Virus record (IMG/VR): IMGVR_UViG_3300029473_000203
Source: a virus
Lineage: Duplodnaviria; Heunggongvirae; Uroviricota; Caudoviricetes
Reading direction: 5' to 3' (one strand)
Length of the DNA: 37,224 nucleotides
Below the pieces are notes generated by a model, which was not told where the DNA came from, searched no databases, and saw only the letters and a program-made list of their open reading frames with translations. Every line of letters begins with the position of its first letter. The first letter of the stretch is position 1. Both the position numbers and the translations under genes were made by a program. Below are positions 9,927 through 19,094 of this stretch, piece by piece.

Positions 9927-10927
9927 TATCGTTGCTCCATCCCAATTTTTTCAAGATTATATTCAACTACAACTTTGTCTGTCTTTTCGAAGTCAAATTT
10001 AAGAAAAAGTCTTTCATCCTCACCTAACAGCCAGTCTGTACTGTATTTCTTTTTAGCTTTTTCAAAATGATGAATAGCATTTTCATTTGGATGGATATGA
10101 CAATGACGTAATAAAATTGGTTTGCCTTCAGTGAGTATCTGATAAGTTGATAGCATGTCAAAAAAGTACACGAATTCATCTAATGAATCACCGGGTTGAT
10201 TGTAATAAACAACATACCCTTCTGGGATATCTTTTTTAAGCCAGCTAAAAGCCTCATGTTTAATTATGATGTATGGCGATGTTAATAATTCAATTGTCGC
10301 AGGTGTTGTTTGGTTGATGGGGTGTTTTATTCTTGTTAAAGAAAGATCTGGGTAATAGTAAGTAAACTTATCAGGCTGTGGAAGTTTTCCAGAGCCTATT
10401 AATTTGGTTATGTCAGAGGATATATTTATTAAATCAGATATTTTATAGGGGTCAAGTAAGTGTAGTTTTATGTTTGGAGGACAATTTATAACGGAATGAT
10501 CTAATTTTTTTGTAATATTTTCATAGAAATCTTTATCATATAGATTATCATGATTATACAAAAATAACAAACCTCTTACATTATAACCTAAAGAATCATC
10601 ATGAACGTATTTCAATCGCCACTCTTTACTTACATTCGCACACTCGGTAGCTAAAGCAAGTGAGGTTAAGGCACCTTCGACCATTTTTTTACCAATAGAT
10701 CCCTCCGCATAGCTCTTTAGATCTGTATTGAGATAGACCATTTCCTCTTCATAAGGGTCTGTGTAGAAAAATACAACATCACTTGGATGGGTTTTCTTGG
10801 AATGTACCTCTTGGCAACATTCCCAATTCATGTCCGCTCTAGCGGCGCGATCCCATTTGAATACAGAGAAAATATCATCAGAAATTTTACCTGCGACTCG
10901 TTGTATAGCCGAAGTTTCTCCACCCAT
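9926..10927 (-). CDS. Cargo gene 1 of three-gene operon (333 aa, unknown function; possible nuclease-like motifs)
   Basis: ATG at 10927 with AAGGAG RBS; tentative PD-(D/E)xK-like pattern (VVFFYTD ... MVYLNTDLK) and a His/Cys-rich patch RHCHIHPNENAIHH; no Walker A. Confidence 0.8.
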   Translation of the reverse strand: MGGETSAIQRVAGKISDDIFSVFKWDRAARADMNWECCQEVHSKKTHPSDVVFFYTDPYEEEMVYLNTDLKSYAEGSIGKKMVEGALTSLALATECANVSKEWRLKYVHDDSLGYNVRGLLFLYNHDNLYDKDFYENITKKLDHSVINCPPNIKLHLLDPYKISDLINISSDITKLIGSGKLPQPDKFTYYYPDLSLTRIKHPINQTTPATIELLTSPYIIIKHEAFSWLKKDIPEGYVVYYNQPGDSLDEFVYFFDMLSTYQILTEGKPILLRHCHIHPNENAIHHFEKAKKKYSTDWLLGEDERLFLKFDFEKTDKVVVEYNLEKIGMEQR

Positions 10928-11145
10928 TTTATAATCGCTCCTTTAAAATTGCTGTGGCAATCTGCCATTAAATCCATCTGATTTGATGTGTAATCTAACC
11001 GTATGGTTTGTATGTGTTTGTTGCATGACTATAGCGCATGAAAATGCATGATCGCAAAGGGATCGTTTATGTCTAGGCACTCCAGTTCTGGAGAGGCTTT
11101 GAAGAGTTCATGCGATTGCATGAAAACCACTATGTGAAGTGAGCA

Positions 11146-11164
11146 GGCGTGGCGGGGATACGAG
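11146..11164. other. cos-like cohesive-end site
   Basis: GGCGTGGCGGGGATACGAG; the first 13 nt match the 186 cos sequence GGCGTGGCGGGGAAAGCAT as I recall it; lies in a 325-bp intergenic gap a few hundred bp upstream of the ParA-like gene. Confidence 0.45.
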
Positions 11165-11261
11165 CGCGCGCATTGAGTTAAAATTTCTTGAGTTGATGAA
11201 AATAAGATGTATTTTAATTTGGCACAGAAAAACCTAATAACTCACAAGGATAATGATAATA

Positions 11262-12188
11262 ATGCAAATAGTTTCCATCATAAATTATAAAGGTGGCGTT
11301 GGTAAAACAACAGTTACGTCTAATTTAGCCGCTGAATTAGCATTCCGAGGAAAGAATGTTTTAGTTCTGGATATGGATGCTCAGGCAAGCCTGACATTTT
11401 CGTTTCTAACTCCCGATTATTGGGATGAACATCTTAAAAATGAAAGGACCATTAAAAACTGGTTTGATTGTATTAGTCAGGGAGAGCAAACAATGCCTCT
11501 TTCGACTCTAAGAGTACGACCTGAACCTGTTAATAGTAGATTTGATAGAAAAGGTGGATGTTTGGATTTAATATCTTCCCACCTCGGGTTGATAAATGTT
11601 GATCTTGAGCTTGCGACTCTTCTAGGAGGGGCTAGCCCCAGTCAAACTCAAAAAAAATATCTTAAAGTTCATGGTAAACTTAGAGAGGAACTTCAAATAC
11701 TAGCTGACGAAATGAATTATGATGTTGTTTTAATTGATTGTCCACCTAACTTTAATATCGTAACAAAAAATGCTTTGATTGCATCAGATAAGATTTTGAT
11801 ACCAGCAAAACCTGATTATTTGTCAACGCTAGGTATTGATTATTTAAAAAGAAGCGTAGATTCTCTAGTTACAGACTATAATTTCTATGCCGATAAAGAT
11901 GAAGATTATGAAAGGGTATCTCCTGAGATTCTCGGAGTAGTTTTTACTATGATTCAAATTCATTCAGAACAACCTATTGCCGCGCAAAGACAGTATATTG
12001 CGCAGACAAAACGTCTAGGTGTTCCCGTATTTGATGCTATTTTTAGGGAGAATAAAACTATCTTTGCTGATGCCCCTAGAGATGGAATTCCTGTAGCATT
12101 AATTGGCTACTCGCATTCAACTCACTCTTCTATTGTAGGAGAGATTGAGGATTTTGTTGATGAATTCCTTCAAAAGATTGGAGAATAA
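11262..12188 (+). CDS. ParA/MinD-family P-loop ATPase
   Basis: Deviant Walker A KGGVGKTT near the N-terminus, VLVLDMDAQASLT, VVLIDCPPN; AT-rich; possible start at 11253 or 11262. Confidence 0.8.
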   Translation: MQIVSIINYKGGVGKTTVTSNLAAELAFRGKNVLVLDMDAQASLTFSFLTPDYWDEHLKNERTIKNWFDCISQGEQTMPLSTLRVRPEPVNSRFDRKGGCLDLISSHLGLINVDLELATLLGGASPSQTQKKYLKVHGKLREELQILADEMNYDVVLIDCPPNFNIVTKNALIASDKILIPAKPDYLSTLGIDYLKRSVDSLVTDYNFYADKDEDYERVSPEILGVVFTMIQIHSEQPIAAQRQYIAQTKRLGVPVFDAIFRENKTIFADAPRDGIPVALIGYSHSTHSSIVGEIEDFVDEFLQKIGE

Positions 12189-12190
12189 AA

Positions 12191-12586
12191 GTGAGTAAAG
12201 CTAAAACTTTAACTGTGCTATTTCGTGAATTACAAGATGCAGTTCTTGAACTCAATGAAGGGGAATTGGAAAAAATTATTTCGGGCGAGTATCAATTCGT
12301 CCTTAAGGTAGTTAAAAAACGTAATAGTACTGGTGCAAAGATAAGTTCAGTAGATAATTTTAGCTATAACGAATTGCTTGTTTTACTTAACCAGTGTGAG
12401 TCAAGAGAACAAGGTTGCGAGCTTTTGTCGCGTGAGCTTAAGACTAAATCTGAGTTTGAAAAATTCGCTCGTCATGTCGAGGTCGCTGTAATGAAAAGCG
12501 ATAAACTCGAGAAAATTAGAGATAATATTATTGAGTCGACAGTAGGTGCTAAACTCCGCTCTGATGCTATTCAGAATAAAAAGTAA
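12191..12586 (+). CDS. Small partner protein (131 aa) of the ParA-like ATPase, unknown function
   Basis: GTG start 2 nt after the ParA-like stop, with GGAGA upstream; charged, helical-looking sequence. Confidence 0.6.
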   Translation: MSKAKTLTVLFRELQDAVLELNEGELEKIISGEYQFVLKVVKKRNSTGAKISSVDNFSYNELLVLLNQCESREQGCELLSRELKTKSEFEKFARHVEVAVMKSDKLEKIRDNIIESTVGAKLRSDAIQNKK

Positions 12587-12589
12587 TTA

Positions 12590-12612
12590 ATAGCCGCCAA
12601 TTTGGCGGCTAT
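12590..12612. terminator. Palindromic hairpin between convergent genes (candidate bidirectional terminator)
   Basis: ATAGCCGCCA / loop / TGGCGGCTAT perfect 10-bp stem flanked by T-rich sequence; sits between the 131-aa gene and the portal gene 3' ends. Confidence 0.55.
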
Positions 12613-12615
12613 TTG

Positions 12616-13644
12616 TCATAGTTCATAGTTCGTAAAATTAATGACATTTTCGCCAAGCCACCTATTTAACTCTTCTAATCGTTTCTGAAGAGGCAATAGT
12701 TCATTACGTACAAAAACCTTACTAGCCTTCTCCACATCCCCAAAACCCCCAACATTATTCGGCATAATCCCCATCATTTGTGGCGGCACACGATGCGCAG
12801 CCATCATGTCATCCCGGCTCACGTTCTTGATATTCAGAAACTCATCCTTCGCCGCGACCTCTGACAACGGGATAATCTGAAGCCCGTCCTTTTTGCCGTT
12901 AGGCGAGTACATAAACAGGTTGCGGAAGTTACCCGGTCCTTTGGCGCTTTTCATCGCGTTGCGGAGGTTGTTCACGTCCTCCTGGTTCTGCGCGGCATCG
13001 GTCATGTACATGATGAAGCCAGCATGACTGCCGTTTATGTAATACTTTCGACGGAACAGCGTGGCGGACTCATTGAGCAGGGCGGACGGAATAGCAGAAA
13101 GATAGCCGGGCAGGCCATAGATCTCCTGATTTATGTCCGGTTCCATCAGATGGAAAATGCTGCCTTTCGTGAACTGATACGGCTGCGTGGTCATGCCGTA
13201 TTGCACAAACCAGTAGGTATCCAGGTCTAACCCGCGTCGGGTGTATTTGGCCAGTGCAGGCTCAAGGGCGATAACTTCACCGAATCGGTTCGTGCGTTTC
13301 TCAAGGTAGGCGTTACCAAATACCAGATAGTCTTGCACAAAACGTGAAAAAGCCTGCTGGCTGAGCAGCGGGTGAGGGATATAGGTGCTGGTCAGAATGT
13401 TGCACTTTACTGCAATCGGTGAGCTGTGGTGTACGGCGGCGCGGAAGGTTCGCGCCAGTCCGTCGAAACTCACAGGCGGCTCATACCAGCGATCCATCTG
13501 TACGCATTCCACATAGTCCAGCAGTTCACGACGGTCCAGAACAGGAACGGGATCGCCGAAGCTGAATGCTTCGGCTGAAGTCTGGCTTTTATGCTGGATC
13601 TGATTCATCGCCGCTACGCGGTTTTTTTTACTCTTTCCCATCAA
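12616..13644 (-). CDS. Q: Portal protein (P2 gpQ-like)
   Basis: 342 aa, size and position as P2 Q, downstream of and overlapping the terminase gene on the same strand. Confidence 0.9.
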   Translation of the reverse strand: MMGKSKKNRVAAMNQIQHKSQTSAEAFSFGDPVPVLDRRELLDYVECVQMDRWYEPPVSFDGLARTFRAAVHHSSPIAVKCNILTSTYIPHPLLSQQAFSRFVQDYLVFGNAYLEKRTNRFGEVIALEPALAKYTRRGLDLDTYWFVQYGMTTQPYQFTKGSIFHLMEPDINQEIYGLPGYLSAIPSALLNESATLFRRKYYINGSHAGFIMYMTDAAQNQEDVNNLRNAMKSAKGPGNFRNLFMYSPNGKKDGLQIIPLSEVAAKDEFLNIKNVSRDDMMAAHRVPPQMMGIMPNNVGGFGDVEKASKVFVRNELLPLQKRLEELNRWLGENVINFTNYEL

Positions 13645-15407
13645 AAAATCTCCACAATATTGCTGGTATTGGCAGACTCGCCCTGCAGCGGTTCGTTAAA
13701 CAGTGCGTGCATTGTTGCCCATGCCAGATCCGCATGGCTGGCTTCTTCGCTGCGGCTGGCTTCATAGGTCGGACGGTTGCCGCTGGCGGTGGTGGCGCGA
13801 CGGATTGCCATAAAGGACTGCGCTATGTCGGTGTGTCCGGCGTCAAACTCCAGACGGCGGTGGCTGATAATGTCGTAGGCCTTGAGTACCAGGGCGTTTT
13901 TAACGTTGGGGTTGTAGACAAACTCCCGCACGGCAGGAAAGAACGCTTTCACGTTCTCGTAGACACCGTGACCGACGCCGGTCGAGTCGATGCCGATATA
14001 GGTCACGTTGTACTGCTGCGTCAGTTTTTTAATGGCGTCAGCCTGGGCGCGGAAGTCCATCCCGCGCCACTGGTGTCGCTCCAGAATGCGGAACTTGCCG
14101 CCCGGCACGGTTGGCGGTGCCACCACCACGCACCCGGCGCTGTCACCGTTCTGCGTGCCTTTCGCCGGGTCGTATCCGATCCAGACCTCGCGCCAGCCAA
14201 ACGGGCGCAGCGCCAGAGCCTGAAAATCGGTCCAGACTTCCCAGCTGTCCACCATGCACGCCTGCAATTCGCTGAGCGGGAACACGGACGCGAGATCGTC
14301 CACGAACTCGCACATCAGCAGGTTCTGGTATTCGTCAGGGCTGTACTCCATGCGCAACTGGTCAAGGTCGAACAGGTTACAGCCGCCGCGCACCGCATCT
14401 TCCACGGTGACTATCTGGCGGTATTGCCCGTCTGCGCACAGCAGGCCGGGGGCCAGATTGCTGTGGGACAGGTCGATGTCCACCTTATCGGCTTTGTTGC
14501 GCCCACGGTTGAACAGCGCACCGGACCAGAACGGATAAGCACTGTGTGTCAGACTGGATGGCGTGGAAAAATAGGTCTGTCGCCATTTCTTGTGAATAGC
14601 CATACCGGAAGCCACTTTGCGCAGCTCCTGGAATTTCGGTATCCAGAAATATTCATCCAGATACAGGTTGCCGTGGTAACTCTGGGCCGTGCGGGCATTG
14701 GTGCCGAGGAAGTACAGCGTGGCCCCGTTAGGAAGCACCATCGGATCGCCTTTCAGCTCCACCTCCACTTCTTTGGCGAAGTCGATGATGTACTGCTTAA
14801 AGACGTGGGCCTGTGCCTTGCTGGCGGAAAGGAAAATCTGGTTACGCCCGGTTAGCAGGGCGTCAATCAGGGCTTCACGGGCAAAATAGAAGGTCGCGCC
14901 GATCTGGCGTGACTTCAGCAGGTTGCGGATGCGGTTGGTTTTTCCGGCTTCCCACCAGTGGCGCTGGTAGTTGAACATGGAGGAATGGAAGATTTCTTCC
15001 AGCTTCTCAATCTGTTCATCGGTGAAAACGTTCTTTTCCGGCTGACGGCGCGGGCCTTTGTTGCGGTTGGCGACGTTAGGGTTTAAGTCGGCTTCGTTGC
15101 CGCCATTGTTAAACTTGCCGATCCGCGCATGGCGCTCCGACTGGCGCGCCAGCAGGTCAATCTCTTTGAAATCTTTCCCTTCTTTGTGCTCCTTCATAAT
15201 GAGCTGGCAGTAGCGTGCGGCGGTGGTGAGCTGCATCTGATCCAGCGGCCCATAGTCACTCCACTTGTCGCGTTTTTTCCAGCTGTGAACGGTTGCAACT
15301 TTCTCGCCCAGCATTTCAGCAATGCGGGCTACGCGGTATCCCTGAAAGTACAGCAGCATGGCCTGCCGACGGGGATCGAGATCTGCGGGTGTCAGTGTGG
15401 TGTTCAT
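13641..15407 (-). CDS. P: Terminase large (ATPase) subunit (P2 gpP-like)
   Basis: 588 aa, divergent from the scaffold gene as in P2; N-terminal MNTTLTPADL. Confidence 0.9.
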   Translation of the reverse strand: MNTTLTPADLDPRRQAMLLYFQGYRVARIAEMLGEKVATVHSWKKRDKWSDYGPLDQMQLTTAARYCQLIMKEHKEGKDFKEIDLLARQSERHARIGKFNNGGNEADLNPNVANRNKGPRRQPEKNVFTDEQIEKLEEIFHSSMFNYQRHWWEAGKTNRIRNLLKSRQIGATFYFAREALIDALLTGRNQIFLSASKAQAHVFKQYIIDFAKEVEVELKGDPMVLPNGATLYFLGTNARTAQSYHGNLYLDEYFWIPKFQELRKVASGMAIHKKWRQTYFSTPSSLTHSAYPFWSGALFNRGRNKADKVDIDLSHSNLAPGLLCADGQYRQIVTVEDAVRGGCNLFDLDQLRMEYSPDEYQNLLMCEFVDDLASVFPLSELQACMVDSWEVWTDFQALALRPFGWREVWIGYDPAKGTQNGDSAGCVVVAPPTVPGGKFRILERHQWRGMDFRAQADAIKKLTQQYNVTYIGIDSTGVGHGVYENVKAFFPAVREFVYNPNVKNALVLKAYDIISHRRLEFDAGHTDIAQSFMAIRRATTASGNRPTYEASRSEEASHADLAWATMHALFNEPLQGESANTSNIVEIF

Positions 15408-15453
15408 GGCACAAACCTACAGCCTTGAATGAAGGCTTTCCCCGCCTGCGGTT

Positions 15454-15471
15454 TGTGTGGTTGTCGGTACA
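15454..15471. promoter_or_regulatory. Ogr-type late-activator binding dyad (TGT-N12-ACA) in the P/O divergent region
   Basis: TGTGTGGTTGTCGGTACA centred about 88 bp upstream of the gpO start codon. Confidence 0.45.
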
Positions 15472-15549
15472 AATACCGCGCATTGTTTCACTGCCCCTAT
15501 CACCGCAACCATAAGGCTCCAGTAAGTTTTTTCTAACGGAGCACGGCTC

Positions 15550-16383
15550 ATGACAGTGAAAGCAAAGCGTTTTCGCATCGGGGTGGAAGGTGCCACCACC
15601 GACGGACGCGAAATCCAGCGTGAATGGCTGGAACAGATGGCAGCCAGCTATAACCCGGCGGTGTATACCGCGCTGATTAACCTTGAGCACATCAAGTCTT
15701 ATCTGCCGGACAGCACCTTTAACCGCTACGGCAAGGTGACGGCGCTGTTTGCTGAAGAAATCACGGAAGGTCCGCTGGCAGGCAAGATGGCGCTGTATGC
15801 TGACGTTGAGCCAACGGAGTCCCTGGTGGAACTGGTGAAAAAAGGCCAGAAATTATTCACCTCTATGGAAGTCAGCCCGAAGTTCGCTGATACGGGCAAA
15901 GCCTACCTGGTCGGCCTGGCTGCCACTGATGACCCTGCCAGTCTGGGTACGGAAATGCTGACATTCAGCGCCAGTGCAGCCCATAACCCGCTGGCAAACC
16001 GCAAGCAGAATCCTGCCAATCTCTTTACCGCTGCAGAGGAAACGGTGATCGAACTGGAAGAAATCCAGGACGACAAACCGTCCCTGTTTGCCCGCGTCAC
16101 GGCGCTGTTTACCAAAAAAGAGCAGTCCGATGACGCCCGGTTCTCTGATGTGCATAAGGCCGTGGAGCTGGTCGCCACTGAGCAGCAAAACCTGAGCGCA
16201 CGCACCGAAAAATCCCTGTCTGAGCAGGAAGAACGCCTGTCTGAGCTGGAGACTGCCCTGCAGGCACAGCAGACCGCCTTTAACGAACTGGTGAATAAGC
16301 TGAGTCATGAAGACAGCCGCCAGGACTACCGCCAGCGAGCAACAGGCGGTAACGCCCCCGCTGACACTCTGACCAATTGCTGA
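15550..16383 (+). CDS. O: Capsid scaffolding protein (P2 gpO-like)
   Basis: 277 aa; position before the major capsid gene; coiled-coil-like C-terminal half. Confidence 0.85.
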   Translation: MTVKAKRFRIGVEGATTDGREIQREWLEQMAASYNPAVYTALINLEHIKSYLPDSTFNRYGKVTALFAEEITEGPLAGKMALYADVEPTESLVELVKKGQKLFTSMEVSPKFADTGKAYLVGLAATDDPASLGTEMLTFSASAAHNPLANRKQNPANLFTAAEETVIELEEIQDDKPSLFARVTALFTKKEQSDDARFSDVHKAVELVATEQQNLSARTEKSLSEQEERLSELETALQAQQTAFNELVNKLSHEDSRQDYRQRATGGNAPADTLTNC

Positions 16384-16399
16384 TGGAGCACAAAACCTG

Positions 16400-17458
16400 A
16401 TGAAGAAGAATACCCGCTTTGCTTTTAACGCTTACCTGCAGCAGCTGGCGCGTCTGAACGGTGTGGCAGTTGAAGAACTGTCCAGCAAGTTCACTGTGGA
16501 GCCGTCTGTGCAGCAGACGCTGGAAGACCAGATCCAGCAGTCCGCCGCTTTCCTGACGCTGATTAATGTCACCCCAGTGACTGAGCAGTCCGGTCAGCTG
16601 CTGGGGCTGGGTGTTGGCAGCACCATTGCCGGAACCACTGACACCACCGCGAAAGAGCGTGAACCTGTCGATCCGACGCTGATGGTCGATGTGGAATATA
16701 AATGCGAGCAGACCAACTTTGACACGGTGCTGACCTACGCGAAGCTGGACCTGTGGGCGAAGTTTCAGGATTTCCAGGTGCGTATCCGTGACGCCATCGT
16801 GAAACGTCAGGCACTGGACCGCATCATGATCGGCTTTAACGGCGTGAAGCGTGCGAAAACCTCCAACCGTAGTGAAAACCCGCTGTTGCAGGATGTAAAC
16901 AAAGGCTGGCTGCAGAAAATCCGTGAGGATGCACCGGATCACGTCATGGGCAGCACCACCACGGGCGGTGAAACCACACCGAGCGCGGTGAAAGTCGGTA
17001 AAGGTGGCGAATATGCCAACCTGGACGCCGTGGTGATGGATGCCGTTAATGAGCTTATCGACGTGGTCTACCAGGACGATGACGATCTGGTGGTGATTTG
17101 CGGTCGTGAACTGCTGTCTGACAAGTATTTCCCGCTAGTCAACAAAGAGCAGGAAAACAGTGAAAAACTCGCTGCCGATATGATCATCAGTCAGAAACGC
17201 ATGGGTGGCCTGCAGGCCGTGCGTGCGCCGTTCTTCCCGCCGAATGCACTGCTGATCACCCGTCTGGATAACCTGTCCATCTACTGGCAGGAAGACACCC
17301 GCCGCCGTTCAGTTATCGACAACCCGAAACGTGACCGGATTGAAAACTTTGAATCCGTTAATGAAGCCTATGTGGTTGAGGACTACCGCTGCGCCGCACT
17401 GGTGGAAAACATCCAGATTGGTGATTTCAGCGCCGCCGCAGCCGAAACCGGAGCGTAA
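16400..17458 (+). CDS. N: Major capsid protein (P2 gpN-like)
   Basis: 352 aa; strong similarity to P2 N as I recall it (TRFAFNAYL ... KFTVEPSVQQTL ... GFNGVKRA ... DYVVEDY). Confidence 0.9.
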   Translation: MKKNTRFAFNAYLQQLARLNGVAVEELSSKFTVEPSVQQTLEDQIQQSAAFLTLINVTPVTEQSGQLLGLGVGSTIAGTTDTTAKEREPVDPTLMVDVEYKCEQTNFDTVLTYAKLDLWAKFQDFQVRIRDAIVKRQALDRIMIGFNGVKRAKTSNRSENPLLQDVNKGWLQKIREDAPDHVMGSTTTGGETTPSAVKVGKGGEYANLDAVVMDAVNELIDVVYQDDDDLVVICGRELLSDKYFPLVNKEQENSEKLAADMIISQKRMGGLQAVRAPFFPPNALLITRLDNLSIYWQEDTRRRSVIDNPKRDRIENFESVNEAYVVEDYRCAALVENIQIGDFSAAAAETGA

Positions 17459-17461
17459 TCC

Positions 17462-18112
17462 ATGAGCCTGAGTCCCGCACGGCAGCATCGCCTGCGCGTT
17501 CAGGCTGAACAGGCCGCCCGCGAGGGCGGCAGTGTTCGCCACGCATCGGGCTATGACCTGATGCTGCTGCAACTGGCGGAAGACCGCCGCCGTCTCAAGG
17601 GCGTTCAGTCCACGGTCAAAAAAGCGGAAATCAAGGTGGAGCTGCTGCCGAAATATGCCGCCTGGGCGGAGGGAGTCCTGGCTGCCGGAGGCGCTCAACA
17701 GGATGACGTGCTGATGTACGTGATGCTGTGGCGCATTGATGCCGGAGATTATGCCGGGGCGCTGGAGATCGGGCGTCATGCCCTGCGTCATGGCTGGGTG
17801 ATGCCGCTGGGTAACCGCAATGTGCAGACCGTGCTGGCAGAGGAAATGGCAGACGCGGCACAGAGCGCAATGCTTGCCACTACCGGGTTTGATGCCGATC
17901 TGTTGCTGCAGACGCTGGAGCTGACAGACGGTCTGGATATGCCGGACCAGTCACGGGCGCGTCTGCATAAAGCGATTGGCGCTGTCCTGAGTGAAAGCAA
18001 TCCGGCTTCCGCCCTTAATCATCTCAACCAGGCGTTACAGCTCGATCCCCGCTGTGGCGTGAAAAAAGACAAACAGCAGCTGGAGCGCAGACTGCGCAAT
18101 GACAGCCGCTGA
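17462..18112 (+). CDS. M: Terminase small/endonuclease subunit (P2 gpM-like)
   Basis: 216 aa; position after the capsid gene as in P2. Confidence 0.85.
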   Translation: MSLSPARQHRLRVQAEQAAREGGSVRHASGYDLMLLQLAEDRRRLKGVQSTVKKAEIKVELLPKYAAWAEGVLAAGGAQQDDVLMYVMLWRIDAGDYAGALEIGRHALRHGWVMPLGNRNVQTVLAEEMADAAQSAMLATTGFDADLLLQTLELTDGLDMPDQSRARLHKAIGAVLSESNPASALNHLNQALQLDPRCGVKKDKQQLERRLRNDSR

Positions 18113-18207
18113 CAGAACGTGCCCCCGCGCACGGGCGGCACGGGGTGGCGAAAGGCACTGCCACATCAAAACCCCGTCCACCGCCCTCTATTTCAGGAGA
18201 AAGCAGC

Positions 18208-18672
18208 ATGAAGTTTGTTGCGCCAGAACAGGCACCGGAACAGGCGGAAATCATCAGGAATACGCCGTTCTGGCCTGATGTGGACTTGTCGGAGTTTCGC
18301 AGTGTCATGCGCACTGACGGCACGGTGACGCAGCCGCGTTTAAAGCAGGTTGCGCTGTCGGCAATTTCGGAGGTCAACGCAGAGCTGTATGAGTTTCGCA
18401 GACGCCAGCAGATGCTGGGGTATGCCTCGCTGGCAGAGGTTCCGGCAGAACAGCTGGACGGGAAAAGTGAGCGCATTCAGCACTATTTCAACGCGGTTTA
18501 CTGCTGGGCACGCGCCATGCTCAACGAACGATACCAGGACTATGACGCCACGGCGTCTGGTGTGAAGCGAGGCGAGGAACTGGCGGAAGCCAGCGGTGAT
18601 TTATGGCGTGACGCCCGCTGGGCCATCAGCCGGGTACAGGACGCGCCGCACTGTACAGTGGAGCTTATCTGA
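18208..18672 (+). CDS. L: Head completion/stabilisation protein (P2 gpL-like)
   Basis: ATG at 18208 after AGGAGA; stop overlaps the X start (ATGA). Confidence 0.85.
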   Translation: MKFVAPEQAPEQAEIIRNTPFWPDVDLSEFRSVMRTDGTVTQPRLKQVALSAISEVNAELYEFRRRQQMLGYASLAEVPAEQLDGKSERIQHYFNAVYCWARAMLNERYQDYDATASGVKRGEELAEASGDLWRDARWAISRVQDAPHCTVELI

Positions 18673-18875
18673 TGAAAGTGCGTGCGCATCAGTATGACAC
18701 GGTGGACGCGCTTTGCTGGCGTCATTACGGGCGCACGCAGGGTGTCACGGAGCAGGTACTGAAGGCAAATCCGGGGCTTGCCGAATACGGCCCCTTTTTA
18801 CCTCACGGGCTGCAGGTGGAGCTGCCGGACATTCCGACTACCACCACCGTGCAGACCGTCCAGCTATGGGACTGA
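18672..18875 (+). CDS. X: Tail protein X (P2 gpX-like)
   Basis: 67 aa, same size as P2 gpX; position between L and the lysis cassette. Confidence 0.8.
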   Translation: MKVRAHQYDTVDALCWRHYGRTQGVTEQVLKANPGLAEYGPFLPHGLQVELPDIPTTTTVQTVQLWD

Positions 18876-18878
18876 ATT

Positions 18879-19094
18879 ATGACGCTTGAGCGAATCAGCG
18901 CCTTTATCACGTACTGCATCGCCGTTGTGCTGGCCTGGCTGGGCGATTTGTCCATCAAGGATGCCTCAACGCTGGGCGGCCTGATGATTGGTGTGCTGAT
19001 GCTGGCTATCAACTGGTACTACAAACACAAAGCCTACCAGCTTCTGCGCGACGGGCAGATCTCGCGGGAGGACTATGAATCCATCAATCGTTAA
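18879..19094 (+). CDS. Holin (small, 71 aa)
   Basis: Hydrophobic segments (ISAFITYCIAVVLAWLG, LGGLMIGVLMLAI) and a charged C-terminus; immediately upstream of and overlapping the endolysin. Confidence 0.65.
   Translation: MTLERISAFITYCIAVVLAWLGDLSIKDASTLGGLMIGVLMLAINWYYKHKAYQLLRDGQISREDYESINR

Noticed and set aside
9926-10927. Possible Walker A in cargo gene 1 (IGSGKLP)
   Set aside because: Does not fit GxxxxGK[ST]; no supporting Walker B; not treated as an NTPase.
11253-12586. ParA-like pair as proof of a phage-plasmid lifestyle
   Set aside because: The element has an integrase and a visible host junction, and no plasmid replication initiator other than the P2-type gpA, so a partition role is not assumed; function left open.
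13566-14855. 429-aa ORF on the plus strand
   Set aside because: Entirely antisense to the terminase large subunit gene, which has clear terminase-like sequence; Arg/Ala/Gly-rich artefact.
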